From NCBI GenBank assembly GCA_965208675.1, contig OZ242351.1, positions 977,130-1,041,129 on the forward strand: a stretch of 64,000 bases of DNA, read 5' to 3'. This document shows positions 10,439 through 19,220 of the stretch, piece after piece. The number at the start of each line of letters is the position of its first letter. Positions within the stretch are counted from its first letter, which is position 1. The position numbers and the translations under genes are program-made. The notes below the pieces were generated by a model. The model had not been told where the DNA came from and did not search any database. It saw nothing but the letters and a program-made list of their open reading frames with translations. This DNA is from Candidatus Poribacteria bacterium. Lineage in GTDB: Bacteria > Poribacteria > WGA-4E > PCPOR2b.

Positions 10439-11215
10439 ATGAGATTAACTTTATTTGTGATTGCTGTGTTGTGGGGGTTCTCCTTCGCCGCGGCGGATGC
10501 AATTGACCAAGACGCAATTGTATTAGCATTGCCGTTTGACGAAGGAAAAGGCAGAGAAGCCAACGACATCTCCACGCACGAGAATCACGGCTTGCTAACA
10601 GACACCGCCAAGTGGGCACAGGGCAAAATTGGAATGTGCGTGCACTTGCAGAACGCTTACGTGGAGGTTGCAAATCACCCAAGCCTCAGCCTGCATAATA
10701 CCGACTTTACGATGGCGTTATGGATAAAATTTGCCGAGGAGGCAGGCTGGTACGACCTAATGGCTCACAGCGAAGGCGGCGGAGGCGACGACAAACAGTG
10801 GATTTGGCTGCTTTCTGGCGGAAAATTCAAATTCCACCTTCATAACAGAGGCGTTGATATTACGTGGATTGACTCCGATTTCTTCGGATTTCCTAAGCTT
10901 GACCGCTGGTACCACGTCGCTCTTGTCAAGCAGGGAAACCAATACACGCATTATCTAGACGGCGATTTGTTCGGTGAAATGATGAATGATACCCCCATCT
11001 CAAATGAAATTAATAACCCGCTTACCATTGGCACGGGGCCAGGCGAATTCTTCATTCAGGGATTCGTAGATGAGGCATTCATCACACGGCAGCCGTTGAC
11101 ACAGAACGACATTCGCAACCATTTTACCGGCGGCATTCAGGGTGTTTTTTCGGTTGAACCGAGCGGCAAACTCGCAACCAGATGGGTAAGTTTGAAAACC
11201 GGATATGATCGATGA
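10439..11215 (+). CDS. secreted LamG-like protein, paralog 5
   Basis: Signal peptide, then 'DAIVLALPFDEGKGRE'. Shares 'NHPSLSLHNTDF' with paralogs 4 and 6. C-terminal 'GKLATRWVSLK'. Confidence 0.8.
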   Translation: MRLTLFVIAVLWGFSFAAADAIDQDAIVLALPFDEGKGREANDISTHENHGLLTDTAKWAQGKIGMCVHLQNAYVEVANHPSLSLHNTDFTMALWIKFAEEAGWYDLMAHSEGGGGDDKQWIWLLSGGKFKFHLHNRGVDITWIDSDFFGFPKLDRWYHVALVKQGNQYTHYLDGDLFGEMMNDTPISNEINNPLTIGTGPGEFFIQGFVDEAFITRQPLTQNDIRNHFTGGIQGVFSVEPSGKLATRWVSLKTGYDR

Positions 11216-11289
11216 ACCGATGTTTCAATATTCGATTTACCTCCGGCACTACTGAGAGGAAATGTCAATTCATAAACGATCAGCGCCTA

Positions 11290-12132
11290 ATGAGGACAAG
11301 GATGCGCAATTGGATTTGTACATTGTTTTCGATTACGTTGTTGTGGACGATTCCGATTGGCGTCGAGGCGGGAATTGACCGGGATGCGATAATACTGGCG
11401 TTGCCGTTTGAAGAGGGAAGAGGCAGGGACGCCAAGGACATCTCCCCGCTGGGCAACCACGGCGTTCTGTCGGAAACCGCCAAGTGGGCGCAGGGTAAAT
11501 TCGGAATGTGCGTGCGCCTAAAGAACGCTTACGTAGAAGTGGAAAATCACCCAAGCCTCAGTCTTCACAACACTGACTTTTCGTTTGCGGTATGGATTAA
11601 CTTTTCCGAAGAGAAGAATTGGTATGACCTAATGGCTCACAACGAAGCACCAGCCATAGACGTCAAGAAATGGATTTGGATGTTTGCCGCCGCCAGATTT
11701 AAATTCCACATTAATGATAGAGCGATTGAGATTGCGTGGGTCGAATCAGAATTCTTTGGATTTCCCGACCTCGACCGGTGGTACCAACTTGCTCTAGTCA
11801 AACAGGGTAACCGATACACGCACTATTTAGATGGAGAAATCTTCGGCGAAGTGACAGACGACACGCCCATCCCCGATGAAATCAACCACCCGCTCACAAT
11901 TGGATCGGGGCCAGGCGACCGGTTTACTCAGGGATTCATGGATGAACTTTTTATCACGCGGCAGCCATTGACACAGAACGAAATCCAAAACCATTTTGCT
12001 GGGGGCATTCAGGGCGTTTTGTCAGTTGAGTTAGGGAGCAAAATCGCAACTCGTTGGGGATTAATCAAAGATGCCGCAAATACATTCATTTCTTCGAACC
12101 TACCATTAGCAGTAGGTGCAACACGGAATTAA
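11290..12132 (+). CDS. secreted LamG-like protein, paralog 6 (ORF could start as early as 11212)
   Basis: Signal peptide 'MRTRMRNWICTLFSITLLWTIPIGVEAG', then 'DAIILALPFEEGRGRD'. C-terminal 'SKIATRWGLIK' plus a 20-aa tail. Confidence 0.75.
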   Translation: MRTRMRNWICTLFSITLLWTIPIGVEAGIDRDAIILALPFEEGRGRDAKDISPLGNHGVLSETAKWAQGKFGMCVRLKNAYVEVENHPSLSLHNTDFSFAVWINFSEEKNWYDLMAHNEAPAIDVKKWIWMFAAARFKFHINDRAIEIAWVESEFFGFPDLDRWYQLALVKQGNRYTHYLDGEIFGEVTDDTPIPDEINHPLTIGSGPGDRFTQGFMDELFITRQPLTQNEIQNHFAGGIQGVLSVELGSKIATRWGLIKDAANTFISSNLPLAVGATRN

Positions 12133-12363
12133 TCAACATGAGAGTAATTTCGTAGTTGAAATTGCCGGGTAAGCCAATTAATCTTGAGTTCTATAATTTT
12201 GCTCAACGGTCACAATCGAGGAGTATTCAGGATGTATTCATAAAACTGCCACATAGTATATTGGTGGCGAAAGGCAGTTCACAAACGCATTGCTATCGTA
12301 CATTTATTGGGTCAACTTGAGACAAGTGTTTAAGCCCCAGTCTCAATTATGGGAGAAATTCAG

Positions 12364-13206
12364 ATGAGTGAATTGTTTACGGCGGAAGAGGTCGACCAGT
12401 TCCATCGGGACAGTTTTATCATGGTCGAGGACTTTCTGGATACCGAAGAGACTGAGCTCCTTTATGAGGCAGCCAAAGGAGACTATGTAATGATGCAACA
12501 TGCCCACGATGTGAAGGACACGGAAGGAAAGAACTCAAAGCTGGCGCTTTGGGATCATCCGGGCGAGGACATCTACGGGCTGATTGCCAGAAGTCACAAG
12601 ATGGTGAACAGGATTGAGCAGTTGCTCGGCGCCGATGTGTATCACTACCATTCTACCATGATGCTCAAAGAACCTCGCGTCGGCGGTGCGTGGGAATGGC
12701 ACCAGGACTACGGATATTGGTATTACTACGGTTGTCTCTTTCCGGATATCGCCGCGTGCATGGTCGCAATTGATGAGCAGACCAAAGAAAACGGATGCCT
12801 TCAGGTGATAAAGGGATCGCACCGCTTAGGGCGTTTGGATCATACGGAACAAACCTCTGCGGGTAGTACACAGACCAGCGTTGATCCAGAACGAATAGAA
12901 GCAATTTTGGCACGCATGGAATTGGTCTATTGTGAAATGCCGCCGGGCGCCGGGATTTTCTTTCACGGCAATATTCTACACCGCTCCGAAGCAAATCTGA
13001 GCGACAAACCCCGCTGGGCTTTGAGATGCGTCTATAACACCGTTCACAACGACCCGTATAGAGATATCAAACACGCCCGCTATACACCGCTGCAAAAAGT
13101 GCCGGATTCGGCAATTAAAGCCGGCGCCGCCAAAACCAGCGACTCCGCCAAAGAATATTACTCCGGAGAATCGCTGCGGACGCCGCGGCCAGACGATTCT
13201 GCATAG
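12364..13206 (+). CDS. phytanoyl-CoA dioxygenase (PhyH) family Fe(II)/2-oxoglutarate oxygenase
   Basis: 'WEWHQDYGYW' facial-triad region and 'FFHGNILHRS' second His. RBS GGGAGA before ATG 12364; the ORF is open from 12349. Confidence 0.7.
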   Translation: MSELFTAEEVDQFHRDSFIMVEDFLDTEETELLYEAAKGDYVMMQHAHDVKDTEGKNSKLALWDHPGEDIYGLIARSHKMVNRIEQLLGADVYHYHSTMMLKEPRVGGAWEWHQDYGYWYYYGCLFPDIAACMVAIDEQTKENGCLQVIKGSHRLGRLDHTEQTSAGSTQTSVDPERIEAILARMELVYCEMPPGAGIFFHGNILHRSEANLSDKPRWALRCVYNTVHNDPYRDIKHARYTPLQKVPDSAIKAGAAKTSDSAKEYYSGESLRTPRPDDSA

Positions 13207-13306
13207 CCGTCCTGATGCTTCGATTTTGAGCGCCCTACAAAACACAAAATTCCTGCCCATTTCGGCATTATCGCGCTGAACGCTAGAACCAATTCCACGA
13301 AAACAG

Positions 13307-14140
13307 ATGCCGGGATTAGAAATGCTCAATCAAGAACAAACTGACGAGTTTCGCACCAAAGGTTTTCTTCTCAGTGGATGTGTTGTAAGTCGTAATCAGG
13401 TCAATGTCCTAAATGACGAAATTAATCGGGTGATTGCGGAGCAAAATACAGACAAGCCGCAGCCCGTCCGGCTTGCGAACCTCGCCTCCAATCCTGACAG
13501 TGTAACTTGGCAAATCACGAACATCTGGGAAGCTAGCCAGCCTTTTCGAGAGTTGATTTTCAACTCCACGATGGTCGAAGAGGTTGCTCAACTGACCCGG
13601 GCGCAGCAACTGCGGGTCTGGCACGACCAGGTGCAGTTTAAACTAGCGGAGCGAGGCGGTATCACCGACTGGCATCAAGATTCTCCCTGTTGGCCAATCC
13701 TGACCCCGAAGACATGCCAGGTGACTGCATGGGTTGCGCTAGACGATGCAGATGCATCCAATGGCTGTATGAGTATGGTCGCGGGTGCATACAATTGGGG
13801 CGACCAGATTGAATTTTTGCGCCGCATACAAGATTTCGATGAGATGCCGACAGCTTTCCAGGATCGTAACTTGCAGGTGGAGTTGTGTCCAGTACCGGCG
13901 GGTCATGTCCACTATCATCACGGTTTAGCTTGGCACGGTTCTCACGCGAATACCAGTGCCCGGCCGCGCCGGGCTATCGCAATCCACTACATGACCGGCG
14001 AAACGCGTTACGACTCCAGCGGTAACCACACGATGAAACCCTTTGTAAACGTTATGGATGGCGAAGTATTGACAGGAGAGCACTTCCCGTTAGTCTGGGA
14101 TGACGGTAAACTGGTGCGTCCCAATACGAACCCGCCTTGA
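13307..14140 (+). CDS. PhyH-family Fe(II)/2OG oxygenase, second paralog
   Basis: 'TDWHQDSPCW' and 'HYHHGLAWHGSHAN' motifs; 277 aa. Confidence 0.7.
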   Translation: MPGLEMLNQEQTDEFRTKGFLLSGCVVSRNQVNVLNDEINRVIAEQNTDKPQPVRLANLASNPDSVTWQITNIWEASQPFRELIFNSTMVEEVAQLTRAQQLRVWHDQVQFKLAERGGITDWHQDSPCWPILTPKTCQVTAWVALDDADASNGCMSMVAGAYNWGDQIEFLRRIQDFDEMPTAFQDRNLQVELCPVPAGHVHYHHGLAWHGSHANTSARPRRAIAIHYMTGETRYDSSGNHTMKPFVNVMDGEVLTGEHFPLVWDDGKLVRPNTNPP

Positions 14141-14428
14141 TGCGAATACACACCGAACGAAGACCTAGACGAAGCCATTTCAGATAGATGACCGAGCCGA
14201 AGGACAAAACCAGAAATCTCCCCCAATCCACGTTACGATTAGGTGAACGGTGGCCTAGCCTTACCTACCGGTATTTCGAAATGTGAAGCATTTTGGAATC
14301 GTTTCAATTGAACTTGTACACGGCTTTATACAAATCACTACTGTGAATGTGAAGACTCCCAGATATTGAGTAACAAAACTATTAAGCCAAAAAGTCCCCC
14401 AATTCCCGCATCAGATTGAGGCTTTCAG

Positions 14429-16069
14429 ATGAATCAAGGAAACATCGCGATCAAACCGGCGATGGAACTCGCTGGCCAGAATCTAATCAACATGCTCCAC
14501 CCCGATTATGATTATCTTCCCTCCTTTTTGATTGCCGTTGATCGCGATTACAAAGCCGATCGTCAGTTCTTTTTCATGACGCATAACATTGGGCGTTGGG
14601 TCGACGCGATGTATCGGCTTGAGGCAGCCACAGGCTTCGCCGCACCCGAAAAGATTCAGGACGCCATGTTTTGCCACATAAAGGCGTTCTGTGACAATCC
14701 GGACGACCTCTTTTTACGTCCGCTGGACAAGTTGCCCTACGGCGAGGGAGACCTTTTTTGCTTCCATTCCCTCCGGGAGCATTTAGCCGCTTTTTGCATA
14801 CTCGGGAAGGTCAAGAAGAATCAATGGGCCCTCGATAGTGCCCACCGAATGCTCGTGAAACTGGAAAGTCTTCTCCTTCCTCGTGACGAGTGGGTCGCCG
14901 AGCAACGGGTCTGGGACATTGAGAAGACGAAACGATACATGCATCTCGGCCTAAAGAAGATACACCCTGGGTGGAACCTCAACTTACAGGGTTCCGAAGG
15001 CAGACTCATTGAGCCGCTGATTTGGTACTATGAGTTGACCGGCGACGTGCTGGCACTGAATCTCGCGGATCGCTTTGCCCGCTTCCATCTTGACTATTCC
15101 ACGTCACCGGATGGCGCTTTTTACGGAGGGTCGCTGGCGGGCCACAATCACTCGTACATGGGGACAATTCGGGGGCTTCTCGCATATGGACGGTTTAGCG
15201 GCCAACACGAATACGTCGATGCCGTCGCCAAGACGTATCAGGTAGCTTTCCCAACCATAATCACTCCGTCTGGATACTGCACACACGATCTCGACAAAGA
15301 AATGGGCGGCGACATCTCGTCAGCAGGAGACGTCGCACAGATTGCGCTTTGGCTCGGGATGTATCACGGGTACGCAGACTACCTGGACGATGTGCAACGT
15401 ATTGTGGTTTCCCGTCTACTTCCGTGCCAGATTACGGAAAGCCCGCCTTTACAGCCAAAAGATACGGAACGAAAGCCGCGTCAAGAGTTCCTCCCGGATG
15501 GCCGCTTAGCTTTGTTCGACTACCCGGAAAACATGGAGCACATAATTATCGGCGCGCTCGGCGGAATATATGGCCATCCGTACGGAGCCAAGTGGTCAGT
15601 CGTGGACGTAACTGCGTCGGCCTTGCACAGTCTCGTTGATGTTTACAACCACGTCGCACAGGAGACTGAAAACGAGATTCGCGTCTATTTCCACTTCGAC
15701 TACGACACCGACTTCGTGAAAATCAGCAGTGAGCGTAGCGAGGACGGTCAGATGGCCACGCTCTCCATTGAGCCTAAGGTCCGGAAGAACCTTTGGGTGC
15801 GCATCCCCGGCTGGGTGCCAGGTGAGTCTCTTCGTGTCACGGTCGACGGTAAAACCACAGCGACGAGGGTGAGTCAATTTTTGGTCATAAATGCGAACGA
15901 CCTGCCCGGACGTGTGCAGTTGAAGTATGAACGACCATTGCTCAAGAGCGTGGAGTGCGTTGACGGAACTGATTATGAACTCTCCTGGCGGGGCGATGAA
16001 GTCGTCGGTATTTGCCCAAATACAGGCTTTTACCCGTTCTATACGACGACATCGGGGTGCGACGGATAG
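14429..16069 (+). CDS. hypothetical 546-aa soluble protein (possibly an alpha/alpha-barrel glycosidase-like fold)
   Basis: Long intact ORF with coding-like composition. No diagnostic motif recognised by eye. Confidence 0.4.
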   Translation: MNQGNIAIKPAMELAGQNLINMLHPDYDYLPSFLIAVDRDYKADRQFFFMTHNIGRWVDAMYRLEAATGFAAPEKIQDAMFCHIKAFCDNPDDLFLRPLDKLPYGEGDLFCFHSLREHLAAFCILGKVKKNQWALDSAHRMLVKLESLLLPRDEWVAEQRVWDIEKTKRYMHLGLKKIHPGWNLNLQGSEGRLIEPLIWYYELTGDVLALNLADRFARFHLDYSTSPDGAFYGGSLAGHNHSYMGTIRGLLAYGRFSGQHEYVDAVAKTYQVAFPTIITPSGYCTHDLDKEMGGDISSAGDVAQIALWLGMYHGYADYLDDVQRIVVSRLLPCQITESPPLQPKDTERKPRQEFLPDGRLALFDYPENMEHIIIGALGGIYGHPYGAKWSVVDVTASALHSLVDVYNHVAQETENEIRVYFHFDYDTDFVKISSERSEDGQMATLSIEPKVRKNLWVRIPGWVPGESLRVTVDGKTTATRVSQFLVINANDLPGRVQLKYERPLLKSVECVDGTDYELSWRGDEVVGICPNTGFYPFYTTTSGCDG

Positions 16070-16364
16070 TGTGTTTCACCGAATTGAGGTCCATCAACTG
16101 TTAATATGGACTGCGCCGGAGAGGATGTTACTTTACCGCCGGTCATCTTCCGGTGCGTGAAGCTGGGGCTGATTGGCGAATCATCTTCGGCGCGTGAGGT
16201 GCGTTTTTTATCACGCTGTCGCAAAAATGAGAATTACCCATACCGGAATTCGGTGAATAGGCAAAGGTAACCTATCGCAAGAACTGCGTCGGGCAGTGGT
16301 GTACCTTATCCAAGAATTCTCGACTCAGGGCAGCAGAACATAGCACATCAGGAGAGAAATCATA

Positions 16365-16490
16365 ATGGCAAAAGCTAATATCGGACTCATCGGATTGGCT
16401 GTGATGGCGAAAACCCTCTTCTGAATATCGGACAAGGGCTTACGCTTAGCTACATTCTAGCGTGCACTAGCGGAGGTTACAGGGCTTAAT
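16365..16490 (+). pseudogene. gnd: remnant of 6-phosphogluconate dehydrogenase (gnd) N-terminus
   Basis: Good RBS (CAGGAGAGA) followed by ATG at 16365-16367. The encoded 'MAKANIGLIGLAVMAKTLF*' matches the Gnd NADP-binding N-terminus ('IGLIGLAVMGKNLA'). In the +2 frame it continues weakly as 'LLNIGQGLTLS', versus 'LALNIESRGYTVS' in Gnd. Confidence 0.5.
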
Positions 16491-16601
16491 CGAAGGACGA
16501 GTAAGAAGGTCGGACGTTTTGGGCAAAACTACAAGAACAAAGGAGGAAATCGCAAGCCGCTACTAATTTGAAATCAGGGTGTGCATTGCGATGAGTGAAA
16601 T

Positions 16602-17105
16602 ATGATTTTAGAACGTTGGGTTGTATCGTTATCCAAATTTAAGAAACTTACCGTAAAAATTGCCGACCGGTTAATTGATCGAATCAATCTTGAACCGATG
16701 GAGGATGACAACGGAAATGCCGGGGTAAAAGCGGTATGGGTTGGCGAGCCCGGTAAGAATAAGATTGACATAAACGCTAAGTCATTGCAAGGAAGCATTC
16801 AGGTTGACGGCGATCGTGCTCCAACCATTGAGTATTGGCAAAAAGGGGAAACACGCGGTTTCGCGTTAGGGTATCCAAAAAGCGTTTCCTGTGAACTTGA
16901 TGAAAAGACGCTGCGAAAAATTTTAACCCCTAAAACTGCAGGAATCGCCATGGCTGCGGGTGCAGCAATTGGGTTGGCCGGCTGGCTTGCCACTGCAATC
17001 GCTAGCCGGGTGACGCTCGCTAGGCAGGAAGCGGAAATATCTTCGCCTTCGTTACCCAATTCTCAGATAGCCGGTACAGACGGTGAAGTTGAAGACGATA
17101 CATAA
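16602..17105 (+). CDS. hypothetical protein (167 aa)
   Basis: Intact ORF, Ala/Gly-rich segment; no motif recognised. Confidence 0.35.
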   Translation: MILERWVVSLSKFKKLTVKIADRLIDRINLEPMEDDNGNAGVKAVWVGEPGKNKIDINAKSLQGSIQVDGDRAPTIEYWQKGETRGFALGYPKSVSCELDEKTLRKILTPKTAGIAMAAGAAIGLAGWLATAIASRVTLARQEAEISSPSLPNSQIAGTDGEVEDDT

Positions 17106-17183
17106 TTCACACCCCATCGGCTTAAAGTCGAGATAGCATTTCGCGCTGCGCCCAAGACGGGACGACTCGTCACATCTAAATTC

Positions 17184-18104
17184 CTACCAATTGGGATCGT
17201 AGTCCCAATCTACTTGCTGTCTTCCGTACCGCTTGTCATTGTAAACAGTCTGATGGCAATCGAGGCACCTGTCATAGAGACTCACGCCGTGAACCTCATG
17301 TGCAAGCTGAATTTCCGGCGTGCTGTGAACGTGGCAGGTTCGGCAGGTGTATGTTCTGTAGTTTACATCGGTGTAAATGTTCATTTGGGAAGCCTCTTTC
17401 CGCACGAAGTATTTCCGCCCGTTTTTTGTGTCGGTCATCAGCCACTCACTACCCTTCGTTTTCATCGAAATCCCCGTATCCTCAGATATAGGAATCCCGC
17501 GAATGTCAAACTCCCATTGCACATCTTCCGGAAGCCTATCCGCTTTGTCTAACTCTTTCTGCAATCCTGCATCGAAACTGAACAACCGTGAATCCGCGGC
17601 GTGGCAGCGTACACAAGGAACGTCGTGCACCCGCGCCAAAGGAAAGAATTCGTCGTGATCGAGCTTTTCACGGCCGTGTACGACGATTCCAAGCATTAAG
17701 ATTGGGGCAAGTGCAAGATGGACGCGCAGTAGATTTCGTCTTGCCCGGTGCGACGTTAGACTCACCCCGATTCCCGTTCCAAGGTTGAGCAAAGCTAGAA
17801 TGAATGTCAGCCAAGAGTGCCACGCGAGCGGGTCAAATGCGGAGTGAATAACGACAAGGCACAGTCCAAATGACGCCAGCCTTTGATGGAATTTCAGCCA
17901 GGTTTGCCGTTTACCCCATTGAATTAGGCGTGTTCGCAGGATGTAACAACTTGCAATCAGTATGGCAATCGCCCCAATGATACTGAGTGTATGCCGTACT
18001 TCGCCGAATCCCGATTTCCATAACCCAAAGGGTGACATTATCGACACGAACGCGACGACAACTGCTGCGGCGACTCCGTAGCCAATCTGTATAAACGGGT
18101 TCAT
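17184..18104 (-). CDS. membrane-anchored tri-heme c-type cytochrome (DUF4405-like membrane domain with TM His, plus three CxxCH)
   Basis: About 5 N-terminal TM helices with conserved His in TM3 and TM5. Three CxxCH heme-binding motifs in the C-terminal soluble domain: 'CVRCH', 'CRTCH', 'CLDCH'. Confidence 0.7.
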   Translation of the reverse strand: MNPFIQIGYGVAAAVVVAFVSIMSPFGLWKSGFGEVRHTLSIIGAIAILIASCYILRTRLIQWGKRQTWLKFHQRLASFGLCLVVIHSAFDPLAWHSWLTFILALLNLGTGIGVSLTSHRARRNLLRVHLALAPILMLGIVVHGREKLDHDEFFPLARVHDVPCVRCHAADSRLFSFDAGLQKELDKADRLPEDVQWEFDIRGIPISEDTGISMKTKGSEWLMTDTKNGRKYFVRKEASQMNIYTDVNYRTYTCRTCHVHSTPEIQLAHEVHGVSLYDRCLDCHQTVYNDKRYGRQQVDWDYDPNW

Positions 18105-18182
18105 AATGTGGGATTGCCCATTTTAACGAACGAAGAGTCAATGATGAATGGATTATCGATAATTCATTCATTGTGTCCCGCT

Positions 18183-19130
18183 TCAATTTTCGTCAACGAT
18201 TTCACCGGAGCTTGCGGGAAGCGTTAAATCCAAGAATAGGTCATCCAACCAGCTTTCGGTCTTTTGAAAACGCAAAATCGCGGCGCCTGCCTGAATCAAA
18301 TCTTTGAGCAGATTGGAAACTTCAACCTCTGTCATCTGTGAATCTATCAGAATCCGCGAGTCCGTCACCTCAAAGGACATTAAATTAGACCTGTTATGCA
18401 AGAGGGATTCTGCTTTATCAATACCCTCCAATACATCTATTTCGAGCCGATGGCTTCGTGTAATCTGACCGGCGATTTCAGCAACGTCTCCATACAGTGC
18501 AAAATTACCTTTATACAGAATTGCCAACCGGTTGCAGGTTGATGCTACATCTGCGGGCCGATTCGTACTTAAGACCACTGTTTTTCCCATTGCCCCAAGC
18601 TCAACAATTAACGCCTGCATCTCTATCTGTCCGCGCACATCTAACGCCGAGAGCGTCTCATCTAGAATCCAGATTTGCGGATCGTGCAAAAATGTCTTTG
18701 CGAGGCAAAGCCTGCGTTTTTGACCCAGAGAGAGTTGTGCGATGTTCTGTTTGCGGAGTTCACCCAAATCCATCAGATCCATGACGTCTTTCATGCACCC
18801 AGCGCGCAACGCCCCGTCTAATTTGTAAGCGGAAGCGAAAAATTCAAGATACTCCCAAACGGAGAGGTCCGGATAGCCGTCAAAGGTTTGAGGTACATAC
18901 CCGATTAACGGACGGACTCTATTCAGGTGGGCAAATGCATCATAACCCGCAATTTCGACAACGCCAGAAGTAGGTTTGACAAGCGTCGCAATAATCCTCA
19001 GCAGAATCGATTTGCCGCAGCCATTCACTCCTAGCAGCGCAAAACAATCTCCTTCGGCGAGATTCATATTGATGTCCGTAAAAATCTGCCTTTGTTGGAA
19101 TGATTTGCACAACTGTTGAACACGAATCAT
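18183..19130 (-). CDS. ABC transporter ATP-binding protein (ABC-2/CcmA-like) with C-terminal accessory domain
   Basis: Walker A 'GVNGCGKS', signature 'LSLGQKRRL', Walker B 'IWILDE'. Confidence 0.8.
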   Translation of the reverse strand: MIRVQQLCKSFQQRQIFTDINMNLAEGDCFALLGVNGCGKSILLRIIATLVKPTSGVVEIAGYDAFAHLNRVRPLIGYVPQTFDGYPDLSVWEYLEFFASAYKLDGALRAGCMKDVMDLMDLGELRKQNIAQLSLGQKRRLCLAKTFLHDPQIWILDETLSALDVRGQIEMQALIVELGAMGKTVVLSTNRPADVASTCNRLAILYKGNFALYGDVAEIAGQITRSHRLEIDVLEGIDKAESLLHNRSNLMSFEVTDSRILIDSQMTEVEVSNLLKDLIQAGAAILRFQKTESWLDDLFLDLTLPASSGEIVDEN

Positions 19131-19220
19131 GATTTGTCCATCTTAGAGACTATGGCAAAGGGAATACACACAAATTGAATTGAATTCTTCATCTACCGTG
19201 TGTTCATTCCGTTGCAAGTT

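Noticed and set aside
5421-12132. An exosortase/PEP-CTERM system linking the FemAB-like gene, the membrane protein at 3520 and the LamG array.
   Set aside because: None of the LamG proteins ends with a PEP-CTERM transmembrane anchor. The membrane protein has no recognisable exosortase motifs.
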